Positions 1 through 23,790 of a DNA stretch of 64,000 nucleotides are shown here, one piece after another (positions within the stretch are counted from its first letter, which is position 1; the number at the start of each line of letters is the position of its first letter). Made by a program: the position numbers and the translations under genes. Origin of the DNA: Tubiluchus corallicola (Eukaryota; Animalia; Priapulida); contig JAQGDQ010000179.1 in the NCBI GenBank assembly GCA_030141605.1, positions 62,001-126,000 of the forward strand. Direction: 5' to 3'. A model generated the notes under the pieces. It searched no databases. It had not been told where the DNA came from and saw nothing but the letters and a program-made list of their open reading frames with translations.

Positions 1-348
1 TCACCATCATCATAATGATAAATTTTAAAGCTGAATTATCCTAAAATTTAATGTGTCAACTCGCATAATGCCATAAAAAATACATACATAACAATTACGT
101 ATGTGATAAAAATCAGTGTAAGTATTTATAAACAACATTTTGCAATAGCATTTAAATGCTTGGTAGCTGTGAGTTGTAGCCTTATCAGTCACATACTGTG
201 GTATGCCACTGCCGAGGGAATAAATAGTACGTGTAAGAGATTGTTCTGCAAAAACTGAGTGCAGAGCCGGTGGGGGGAGAGAACCTGTATGTGTATAGCC
301 AGAATCTGTATATCACGTATGTGAATAGCCACATGAACAAGTACTTAC

Positions 349-13061
<12,713 letters not shown>

Positions 13062-14999
13062 TTCAAATTTCAAATCTGCAATAAAAAAACTGTTTCTAAA
13101 GTTATACATTTTTTTAAAGAAACTGACAAATTACTTAACATGTTGGGTTTACTTTACTTAAATTTGAGAAATTTGCAAAAAAGCTGTCTATAAACGATAA
13201 AGCATGAAGTTAATTTACACTACCATTACACAGAAAATTTTGGGTGCAGTGATATCTGCCATTCACTTGAAAATTAACTGGTGGACTGCATGACATTTCA
13301 TAAGCATGCTGTTTAAACAAATTCATACTTCGTCAGCTTACACAATTTTTTGCAATTTTATTATACTTTGGACGGAAGTTCACAAACCGCTGCTTTTCTT
13401 CAACTGATGAGCAACGTCATTCAAGGAAACACAGGCTTTCAAAATGGAAGTGAAAAAGCATAAACTGATCTTTAATTTAAAGCAAATTTAGCACGAAGTG
13501 TTTATCTCATTGTCTATCTCATTTTATTACCAAGTCCTTCTAACACTGTTCACGAGCATTGAAACAAGCCCAATTTCACCTTTCCTTCATGTTTAAGCTA
13601 GATATTCATCTTAATCTGCGAGTTGTACCATAATCCTACATTGCTCACTTATTAACTGTTGCACTAACTAGTACAAAATTACATGTTTATTAGGAATAAT
13701 AAAGTAAAAAGCTTTTCTATATAGGCTAGATGAAGAAATTAATAATTAAGACAGATTCATACAGAATGTTTGAAAACATAAATGTGTGTTTGCAAACCAA
13801 AATCATCCATAAGTCAGCATAGTTAAAACTATGTTATGATGCTTCAAAGTAAAATGCACCAAAATTTGGTTTAATGTTAATTTCTTTTTTTAATAAAAAG
13901 AAATGCTAAATATATTGGACTTTTACATTCTAGCATCAAATTATCAAGCAAATGTCCAAAAAATACCAAAAATTTAATTTTATAACCCAGTGCCCATTTC
14001 TCTAAATAGAGACTATTACTGCAATTGCAAAAAACTTATCATGTTTAGCTTATGAAAAAACTAAAACTTTATAAAACGTCAATGTGGATTATCTCAACTT
14101 AGAAATAACATAGAGTAATGAACTTGGTATCAAAATGATCCTCACGAAATGGCGATTCAGGGCATGTGGATAACTATAAAACGTTAATTGCCGACTTATG
14201 GACGATTTTGCTATGCAAGCACACAAATAATAAATCGTAATAATCTAACGATAAACACTATAAATTATGACAATGAAAAAAATGAGCAGTAGATTTTAAA
14301 AAGTTATCAAGACACGTTATCAACGTTTTGTCGTGAAGTAATCTCCTGAAAATTGAGACTAGGCAACTTTGCAATTTAGCTTGTAAGTTGTATGCATTAT
14401 CTGAGGTGTTAATGTGAACCCTTTGAAAACAAAACGTTATTAAATGGAGCTTTGCCAATGATTAATCAAATCTGAATAGAGTTTTGGGTCATACTAGAGT
14501 AGATCTATTTAAAACCTGTAATTTTATAGACAAGTTAAGAATGCTCGGTTGGATTTATTATAAATTCCATTATTGGAATTACTTGAAATCAGTATATTAA
14601 AGAAATTGATGTATTCAAACGCAGAAAGTTTACTAAAAACGTACTAAAGTTTACTAAAAAGTTGAATAATAATATATTCTACCAAATTAGCCCGCAACAA
14701 AGAAATTCGGACATTCACAAAATTAAGAAACACAGTCTTAATAAAACAAACTCACGATAACAAAATGTAACTGATGACTGAGGGGTGATAGATTGATTGC
14801 TGATCGTGAACAAACCTGGTCGCAAATCGATCGATGTTCTGCGTTCTGCGAGGTATCTGATGCTAGAAGACTTCTAGCAACAAATGAAGATATCTCAAAA
14901 AGAAAAAATCTTAGCACTAACTGCATAATTATTCCAAATTAACAAAAATTTTTGAAAGTAAGAGGATCAGTTTATATACAAACTTAAGAATCTTTGCTG

Positions 15000-15420
15000 C
15001 ACTTGTGGAAACTGTGTTTCTCTATAACTCAGACAACACGAATCAGAAATTGATGCATTTTAAAGAAGAAACTAGGACTAAAATAGCCAAAGAAAATATC
15101 AAACCAGGATCTGTACAATTAAGTCAAGGCAGAGGAATGGATCATTAAAATCAAAAGGAGAACATTAAGATGGATAGGACATGTTATACGACTACCAGAT
15201 GACAGTCCATTAAAATTAGCTTTCAAAGAAGCACTGCAGAAAGAAAACAAACTGCAAACTGTTGACTTACATCAATTTCACCCAAAAAGATCTTATCAAA
15301 ACACCATTAGATATAAAAATACAGAGACATGGGAGGTTGTGGGTGACAAGGCAGCATGGAGTAAAGTGATTGGGAGGGTCATGTCAGACAACGTGCGACT
15401 CCAGAGATGATGGTGATGAA
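15000..15420 (+). mobile_element. Degenerate RTE-type LINE 3' fragment
   Basis: Translates to KISNQDLYN..EEWIIKIKRRTLRWIGHVIRLPDDSPLKLAFKEAL (RTE C-terminal RW.GHV.R motif) and ends in a GAT-rich tail. A short second copy of its 3' end lies at ~15880-15945. Confidence 0.75.
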
Positions 15421-15944
15421 ACCCACAATGGATTTCGAAATACCTGCTTTTCATTTTGTGCATGAAAGAATAAAAGTTTACAATCCGTGACTACGCCTAT
15501 GATTTTTGTAAGCTTTGAAGATCTATTTGCAAATATTTAACTCACAAATTTTTTCTGGTTTACAGTAAATCACAATAATGAATAGCAGGAAATGAGAGAA
15601 TTTGGAAATTCACATGCAATTTATTACACATTTACAAAATACATCAGCACCGCAGTATTACAGAATAACTTGGGTTATAAAAAATGAATTCAGTTAAAAC
15701 ATCTTACCCCATTTTGAACCAGCAGGAACAGGACAAGCAACATGCTGGGTTTAATAATCTCCTTTCCCGGATTTCTTCAAGTTAAACCTAAATGCTGCTG
15801 CACCCTACAAACATTTAGCAATAATACAGTGAAATTCACTAATGAGCAAGTATTAACATGGTGTCTCATATGGTGCAGGGCAGCATGGAGGTAAAATGAT
15901 CAGGAGGGTCATGTCAAACGACGTGTTTCTCCAGAGATGATGAT

Positions 15945-16260
15945 ATCTGATGTATTAGAAGAAATTATTTCTAATAAGAAACGGAGACAAAAGATTACAA
16001 AATTACGTATCAGCGTCCATGACCTGGAAATAGAACACAGTAGATATAAAAATAAAAAAGATGATGAAAGTCTTTGTCAACACTGTCACAACAGTTGCTC
16101 AAAATTACATAGTAGAAAACGAATTACATTACCTTTTTACCTGTTCTTTGTATGAAGATATTAATCAAAAATATGAGCACAAAATATATTTAATCTATCT
16201 TTACAAAATGATGCATACTCACTAGTGTGGCTGTTTCTAAATACAAACCCAGAAGACCTT
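15945..16260 (+). mobile_element. Degenerate LINE ORF2 3' fragment
   Basis: KITKLRISVHDLEIEHSRY...LCQHC, resembling the LR.S.H.L.IE.GR..C..C terminal motif of non-LTR ORF2. Confidence 0.7.
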
Positions 16261-17479
16261 ATTCACTTCGGAAACTACTTAAACGAATGTGATAAAAAAG
16301 GTAGTTATATCTTGGTGGTAATCTGTGAGTGCTCGATAAACCTTGTGCTGTGATTGTGTAATTTAATCTCGTCTGTGATTATTTTAAGTATTTAGGTTTT
16401 GTGTTTTTATTAGTTCTTTGTAGTTGTAGCATAAAGTATTATTTTTATAAGAGCACTTAATTTCTTATTAGATTTAAGAAGGCTATTTACATAAGTTGTA
16501 CAAACTCATGTTTTTGCAACATTGCGTAATTGTATTAGTTATATTTTGTATTTTTTGCACTTTGTTTTTTTTTGTAATTGTAATTTTTTGCCATAATGCA
16601 CTATTGCCTTTGTGAAATAAAATTGCATTGAATTTAATTAATCTGCAAGTCTGAAGTTGAGCATGTGCATGTAAGCAGGAGGCGTAAACTGAGAAAAGCA
16701 GACGACGGAATTACAATTTTCAGCATGTTGTTTCAAATGATTATTTCCGTAATATGGTTTAGTTTTTATTCACAAATACAAAAAAGATTTTGTTTGCAAA
16801 TACAAGGTAAAGGTAGGTGAATGAATCTAACAATAAATATCATCATCCAATTAATCACACGTCCAGTGACATGATTCTGCTCACCTCCCTATGCCAGGAC
16901 TCCCTGCTCGCCGCAATGCCGCAAGTACATTGATATAACAATAAATATAACACTTGATGACGTCAGTCATGGAGCCTTTTGTTCATGTATGAAGATTGCA
17001 AAAGTTATTCGTTTTTTGATGCACACTAATAAACCAAACCTACCACCTTGTTCCTGTATGATATCGTTGCGTGATATCGAGTGGTCATTGTTGATTGATG
17101 CACAGGGCAAGTTATCGTCACAGTTTAGCTGTTTTTGAGATTTTGGAATTAACCATTGAAGATTGGAAAACAACAGCTTTTTGGACGAGTACTGAATTTT
17201 TTGCATTTTATTAAGGGCAGTCATTTTATTTGACAGTATTTTTGCAGACCCGCTGCATTCTACAATGTTTCGTCGTTGCTGTAATGTGAATAGCTTACAA
17301 ACTTTTAACTTTTTAATTGTACCAATGCTGAAATAGATACATGTCATAATATTCACTTTTTTAAGGATTCTGATTTTATGAAACTCATTGTTACTATGAC
17401 TATGGATATGAATGTATGATGATTGTTTTACTTCTATAATATCTATTTGCCACAGACTCTCCAAACGCTTTTCAAAGGA

Positions 17480-18260
17480 AACTAAATGTGCCATTACTAT
17501 CTATTCTCAAAATCATGTTATTTTCCTTTTGTTTGCGGAGATTTTAACTTTGGAGTGTATGGTTGTTGATTCCTTACTCGATAACCAACTTTTTCAGTTG
17601 GTTCATTCTCCTACTTGCAGAAACAATTGTCTCGAATTAGGCTTAATTAGTTGTCCCGTACGCATTTGCTTGACATGGGTTTTCAAAAAGTGATCACGAC
17701 ACTTGCATTTGTTTAGATGTTAAATGCTATCATCAATCAACTACTTGTAAATAGACACTGACGTGACTTTAGTCGTTTTAACCTAACTTCTTGGCTGAAT
17801 TTTTTGAAAGTATAACTGATTGGAAAGCTGAACTTGACAACTTTGACATTATTACTAGTTAGAACTACATTTTGTCCATATTTAATAAAGCAGTTGAATT
17901 GATCAATTTGTGTCAGGATTTAGAGACGATTCAGACGAACTACTACTAAACAGCGCAAACTTGTATCTTCCCTTTGGCTAAATGACTACTATATGACCCA
18001 CCGTTACCAAATCAAAAATTCGTAGATGCAAGTTATGGACAAAATGGAACCATTCTTAACAGTGTTTATGCTGATTATACTCGCTGCTCTCAGGAATTGA
18101 AATCAGCTTTATATTCTGATCGCTTACGATATGAGGAGCGCCTTAATTACATCTCGTCTAATAAGAATGATAAAGACTTTTACCGTTATAGTAGACACTT
18201 TCTTAAATTTCCTAATCATATTACTAGTTACTACTACTAATGATCATCACTCTTTTCTTA
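17480..18260 (+). mobile_element. Degenerate CR1/L2-like LINE fragment (endonuclease end and linker)
   Basis: LFQLVHSPTCRNNCLEL resembles the L.QLV..PTR.NN.LDL endonuclease motif; many stops downstream. Confidence 0.55.
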
Positions 18261-19561
18261 CTAATCCTATTTATTTATTTGCCATTTATGCATACATGTT
18301 TAGCCCAAACAATACGATGACATTAGTGAATTAACACAAGAAAACAGAACGCGACATTAGCCTTATTATGACACACTCACAACATACAGAAAGAAAAATG
18401 AATACAACGGTATGGTGCCAACCCTCTAAATGATTTTTTTGCTTCTTTATTGCTAATGAACGTGATGGCGTTCCCTACCAATTCCGTTGTCTTGGAATAA
18501 CAATAGCATTTCTTACGCTGAATTTACTGGAAGTGGTGTCCATAACGAACTCTCTCCTTTAAAGCTGTTGGCTTAATTGGACCTTTTGGATTTACTGTTG
18601 TTCAAGAGTCCCCAGAGTCGTTTGTTTTTGATAATAATTGATACTGTACAGTGGATAATATGGTTAGCTCGTAGCATTACGTTTATTTGAAGGTCAAGTC
18701 AAGTGACGAAGTCATTGCAGTTTCGATCATTTCAAAGCTGAAAGATTTACCTGTTAATATCACAAAACATAAGAAAGCTAACAGCCTTATTGGTATTATA
18801 GTTTTTTGTCCTCAGGCTTTTGTTTTGGATTTACTACCAAATATTACTCCGACAGTGCTACCTGTGATGGAAAAAATAGAGTGGCATATCCAATGTATAA
18901 AAATGTGTATTTAAGTGAACTTACTTATAAACTAATTAAACTGAGACGTTAGCATTTGCTTCCACTAGTCTTTTATGATTGGATAAAATAGTAGCAGCGC
19001 TCTTGACTAGAAGCTCGTGCTTTATCATATGCATTAATCACTTTATGATAGGCACTTATAAGTAGGTAGTTTAGCCCTCCCACCATTAACGTTTAGTTCC
19101 TGATTTTTTGTATGTAGCTTTCTTTTACCAATTGCTTGTGGTGTGTAAATAAGCCTTTGAATAGAGCAAAATCTTGTTTTTTTGTATAGTCGTCGGAAGT
19201 TGTGTTTTTCCTTTTGCCGCTGTTGTAGATCAGTATGTCTCTGTTGATTTCTGAAAATTGGCTTAAACTTTGTTATACAGATCCTCAAAACGTTTGTAAG
19301 TTCATACGTTTGCTAATTTTTATGTAGAGCTTTGCAGTAATTTATTTGTCGGCTTAATAGTATCTGATGGTGTTTATTTTGTTACAGTCTTGCCCAATCA
19401 TTGATTTTTGGAACTGTTTAAAGTCATGCTTATGCGTGTTTTTGTGTAGGCGTGCATGCTGATTTGTGATGTGTTAGGAAGTTTGTTTATTAATAGATTT
19501 TTGCTTTTGTTCTGTAATGCTGTATGTAATGGCTTAATTATGAGTCATTTTCCGCCTCAGT

Positions 19562-22012
19562 ATGCTTGTTGTTAATTTGCTAATGCTTATTTCTTATTTG
19601 TTTGCACGTTTGCTGTTGCTTTATTTTTGTTTGGTTTTCTTTTTTCTTATTTGTATCGCAGTTTCACCTTTTTTTGCAATGAGTGAATCTGTAGAAAGCA
19701 AACAGCCAGTTTTTACAATCTCTTTTTTTTCAGAAACACCATGTCACTCTTTTCCTCTAGAAGATGCTAATGAATCTGACATGATACGCCTTACAAATGT
19801 TCAGCCTGCCTTTTTTATTCGAAGTGTATGTGGTAGCAAAGCTGCTGCTCTTTACGCGGAAGATGGCGTCTACTTCAGTAGCGATCTTTTTAAGAAGCGT
19901 GGAACACTTCTGAAAATGCCTCGGCAATGTTTGGGTGTCCCTGCATCAAAGGCTAACCTAACAACAGCGGCTTTCGCACGTTCGTCTGTGGTGCTTGTAG
20001 TTAACAATAAAGCTTTTCTCTATGACTGGATAAAGCAGAAATATTTTGCAGCTGATGGTTTGCTTGAACCTGTCGACCATGTTGAGGTCATGGAATGCTG
20101 CGTCTCATCACACTTCTGGTGCTCTAATCTGAACAAAATCATTATCTTGTATAATAGTACCTTGGAAACATCTAACATATTGTATCTATCAATCGACGGT
20201 GGCCGCAGCTTTCATAGACATCTGTTACGTGGACTGAAGGTAATTTATGCTACTGCCATCAGTTCGTTTATGAAGATTGCAGTTTTGGTTGAAGTAGTAC
20301 AGAACAGAGAATACGAATTTGTTTATTTTTTCTATTCTAGTGCTAAGAAAGATTATGTACGTGATCCTGATGAAGTTGGTTTGCGGTTTGAAATGACTAA
20401 ATTTAGTCTTGGTCTGCAAATACACACACATTTTGGATGCTTGATAGTAGGAGAGGGCAGCAAATTGTGGTTTTCACAAAATGGCGGGTTGTCACTATTA
20501 CCATTACACATTTATGGCATTGAAAGTTATGGATCTTTTTCTGGTTACAAGCAGATTATTTCAAATAAATATGGAGAATTTGTTGGCAGAACAACCAATG
20601 GACTATTGCTGTATGGAAAGGAAGACTTTCCTGCTTCAGCTGTTATCATCTCAGATCAATTAAGTACTGATACTGAAATTTTTCTTGTCTTTGGAAGACG
20701 CTTTGGTGAAATATATGAATGTATTGTGCTTCGCACTGGAAATGAATCTGTCACATTCTTATTAACAAAGTTAGTCATTTATGAAATTATTCATAATTCT
20801 CATATTAATGTGCCTGACTGTGCTTGCCAGTCTCTTTTAATTGATGCAAAGACTAATTATTTTTTAGATGTTGAAACTGGAATTAAGATCAATGTTACCA
20901 TGGTATCGTATCCATGGAGGTCTATTGATATGATTACAACAGTGTCTAATCTCCTTCTGATACAGGTAAGTTCTGTGTCAGAATTTGCTCAATCTACAAC
21001 TCAGCATGGTGTAACTGTAACGAAAAGCGTTATAACACTCAGTCACGACTGTCACGACTCAGAGGAAAAACACGAACACGATAGAGACCAGGGTGTTGCC
21101 CATGTACGGATAAGTGTGTCTCCTGGTAGTCTCGAATGCCAAAACCTGTATAGAATTTTGCATATTTACAAAGGTTGCCCTCCAGAATTGACTCTCCGTT
21201 TACATTATCCTGTTGCTGATAAGTGCGCACTTATGGAAAATTTTACGTATGAAGTACTGCCAGAGAATTATGATCCATCGTTTCGACAAGGTGAAACTGT
21301 TGTGTCAAAACCTCTCAAAATTCGTTATCCATTTAATGTCGTCAGATGTCCTATCAGGTTGCATTATACAACTCTTTTTAAACCAGAACTGTACATGTAC
21401 AGCGGTAACAAGAATTTAGGTCCTGTTACGTCAGACTTCATCATCTATGAAATCAACGGGATTTTTGGCTTTTCCTATAATACGACTATGGGACAAGCAG
21501 GATGCAAAAGAAAAGCTCAGACATGGAAAGAAATGATTGAAGCACAAGGTGACAACCTTGACCCAGCTAGTGCCTGGACAAAGTTGAATTACCGTGAATG
21601 TTTTGAAAGTCCTTCATACAGTCGAAATTGGCATTTTGGTGGTAAAAGTGACGACAACAAAAGGAAACAATATGGTTCATTTGAAAACTTTGACCAGGAT
21701 AGCATCTACGAAGTTCTGCACAATTTCAAAAGCAATTACATGATTTTGCCTCCATTCAACACGTGGTTGATTTTTGAGGTTGTCGTCGTAGATCCACACT
21801 ATAGCTTTTGTGATCTAAGAGTGCAATTTGCTGTGGAAGTGTATGGAGTCTCTGAGGAGTTTGAAATACCTGAAATCGTTCTAACGTCAGTCATGACGCT
21901 AGTTGGACTCATTGGAGTTGTTAGTGCCTACTTTATTATTTCCTACCAGAAGGCAATGGATGCAAAATTTATGGAAATTGTACACGAAAGAACAAGCGAA
22001 AAGTCTCTGTAG
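19562..22012 (+). CDS. CATSPERD: CatSper sperm channel auxiliary subunit, delta/epsilon family (delta-like architecture), encoded in one uninterrupted ORF
   Basis: 816-aa ORF with a hydrophobic N-terminus and a C-terminal TM helix. Segments resemble my recollection of CATSPERD/E: C..AALY..VYFS.D.F, AAF....VLVVNNKAFLYD, G...PV.HV...CC, YLSIDGG.SF, GCPP, AGC...AQTW..M, W...NYRECF, YEVL, VDP.YSFC.L...FA.EVYG. The true start is uncertain; a phase-compatible small upstream exon 19235-19295 spliced to an acceptor at 19661 is possible. Delta versus epsilon is not settled. Confidence 0.85.
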   Translation: MLVVNLLMLISYLFARLLLLYFCLVFFFLICIAVSPFFAMSESVESKQPVFTISFFSETPCHSFPLEDANESDMIRLTNVQPAFFIRSVCGSKAAALYAEDGVYFSSDLFKKRGTLLKMPRQCLGVPASKANLTTAAFARSSVVLVVNNKAFLYDWIKQKYFAADGLLEPVDHVEVMECCVSSHFWCSNLNKIIILYNSTLETSNILYLSIDGGRSFHRHLLRGLKVIYATAISSFMKIAVLVEVVQNREYEFVYFFYSSAKKDYVRDPDEVGLRFEMTKFSLGLQIHTHFGCLIVGEGSKLWFSQNGGLSLLPLHIYGIESYGSFSGYKQIISNKYGEFVGRTTNGLLLYGKEDFPASAVIISDQLSTDTEIFLVFGRRFGEIYECIVLRTGNESVTFLLTKLVIYEIIHNSHINVPDCACQSLLIDAKTNYFLDVETGIKINVTMVSYPWRSIDMITTVSNLLLIQVSSVSEFAQSTTQHGVTVTKSVITLSHDCHDSEEKHEHDRDQGVAHVRISVSPGSLECQNLYRILHIYKGCPPELTLRLHYPVADKCALMENFTYEVLPENYDPSFRQGETVVSKPLKIRYPFNVVRCPIRLHYTTLFKPELYMYSGNKNLGPVTSDFIIYEINGIFGFSYNTTMGQAGCKRKAQTWKEMIEAQGDNLDPASAWTKLNYRECFESPSYSRNWHFGGKSDDNKRKQYGSFENFDQDSIYEVLHNFKSNYMILPPFNTWLIFEVVVVDPHYSFCDLRVQFAVEVYGVSEEFEIPEIVLTSVMTLVGLIGVVSAYFIISYQKAMDAKFMEIVHERTSEKSL

Positions 22013-23613
22013 ATGAGTTATATTGTCAAGGGATCTCAATGGATAAAGTTATATTATCATCAAGCGTAGCACAGAGATTGGTCTGGCCAAGACCTGGAAT
22101 TTGGAAATTTATTATTTTTTGTTTAAAGTCCAAAGATCAGGGTCATAAAATGTCAACCAATTTGAGTAGCTGGCGGTAGTACGTGTACGTTGTTATTACT
22201 TAAATATGCTGTAACTATGCAATGTTACCAGCTGGTAATAGGAAATTAGTCAAAACAAGCTTTTTGTCCATAGTAATTTCAATGACACGTGATGATGTGA
22301 ATCTGACCTTTGTTAGATTTAGTGCCCTCTAGCTTTTTAGGTATTCGTATTTACAGTTTCTTACCCTCTTCATTTGCATGCTAGAAATTTGGCTTTGTTT
22401 AGTGAGTATTCTTCGGGATCGATAATGATTTGTTGAGGAAGGATTGTCATCCAAGTAAGGCAAAGATATCTCTGTCGGTTTGTTGTCTCATTTTGGAGCA
22501 TTATCGTTGACAGTAAGTTAAATTTTGGTCCTGCTACAACCATCCATGTTAAGTAGGTTTTACATATAAGTGTTGGATCCCAGCTTGCAGAATAGAATGA
22601 CAAACTGCATAAGAAAGTGCAACCTGGAACATATGGGCTTAAAACAAAGCAAATAAAATATATACATGTATATGTTTTACCGTTGCTGTTTAACTCGCGT
22701 TATACCAAGAAACTGTCCCTCACGTAGCATTTTACCTGGATCCAACTTCGTGCAGGTTCTAGTTCATAAATGAGTAATGGAGAGGCCCATAATTGCAGGT
22801 TCACTTACCTAGATAGTGGAGACCCAAAAACAAACACCATAAACAACGGGTTGCAAAAGATTCGGTCAACATTTTCAATGTATTTACAATTATAAGACCT
22901 CGTGCTTTTAGGCCACCGTAACACTAAAGCGCCAATGTCTTGCGTCCGGCTGCCAACTTCTAGCGTCTATATTCTTTAGCGTTCACTAGGTAATATAACA
23001 GAGTATGTGGCGTCTGATCTCCATATTTTTTGAGGAAAACGAAATAGACAATCGATTTTTTCCTGTGCACTCTTTTCTCACTTATATGTCCCATACTAAT
23101 TCGTATAGCCCCAATCGTCATAGGCTGGTTGAGGAACAGGCACAGGAACAGACCCCCAAGAAATAAGATCAGTTTCTATTTTCCCGCGTCTTGTTTCTAG
23201 TGCTCACTGCCAAAATCTTTGGTTTTATCTCTAATTGATAATACGTGTATTCACGTGTGAGTTCTCGATTGCAGACGCTAGACGCTTTGGTGTATCATAG
23301 ACTTAACTTGAGGAGCTTCTAACAGTTTTTCTTCGTATTTAATAGCTGTTTCATAGCTGTATAATATGAAAATATCAGCAATAAGAATGCCATTTACTAA
23401 TTTTATTATTAGACAGCAGCCAACCTAGGCAACACGCAATTAGTGTATGTTTAAACTAGCAACTTGATGTTATAATGCGTATTATAAATTGTCTCGTAAT
23501 TATAAATTTGTTTGTTTGTTTGATTGGTAATAGTTTAATTACTAATACTTTGGTGACATTTTTGAGCACCATTAATGATTATTATACATATATATGTATA
23601 TATTATAGTATTG

Positions 23614-23790
23614 TACACATCAGTTATTAATATTTTGTTGTTAGCCGTTACACATCAGTTATTAATATTTTGTTGTTAGCCGTTACACATCAATTATTAA
23701 TATTTTGTTGTTAGCCGTTACACATCAGTTATTAATATTTTGTTGTTAGCTGTTACACATCAGTTATTAATATTTTGTTGTTAGCCGTTA
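23614..23790. repeat. Minisatellite, 35-bp unit x5
   Basis: Unit TACACATCAGTTATTAATATTTTGTTGTTAGCCGT repeated head-to-tail with two substitutions and no spacers. Confidence 0.95.

Noticed and set aside
16967-17494. 175-aa minus-strand ORF as a gene
   Set aside because: No recognisable motif, composition like AT-rich non-coding DNA, and it overlaps a degenerate LINE remnant.
23614-23790. CRISPR-like array (35-bp unit)
   Set aside because: The units are contiguous with no spacers and the context is eukaryotic; it is a minisatellite.
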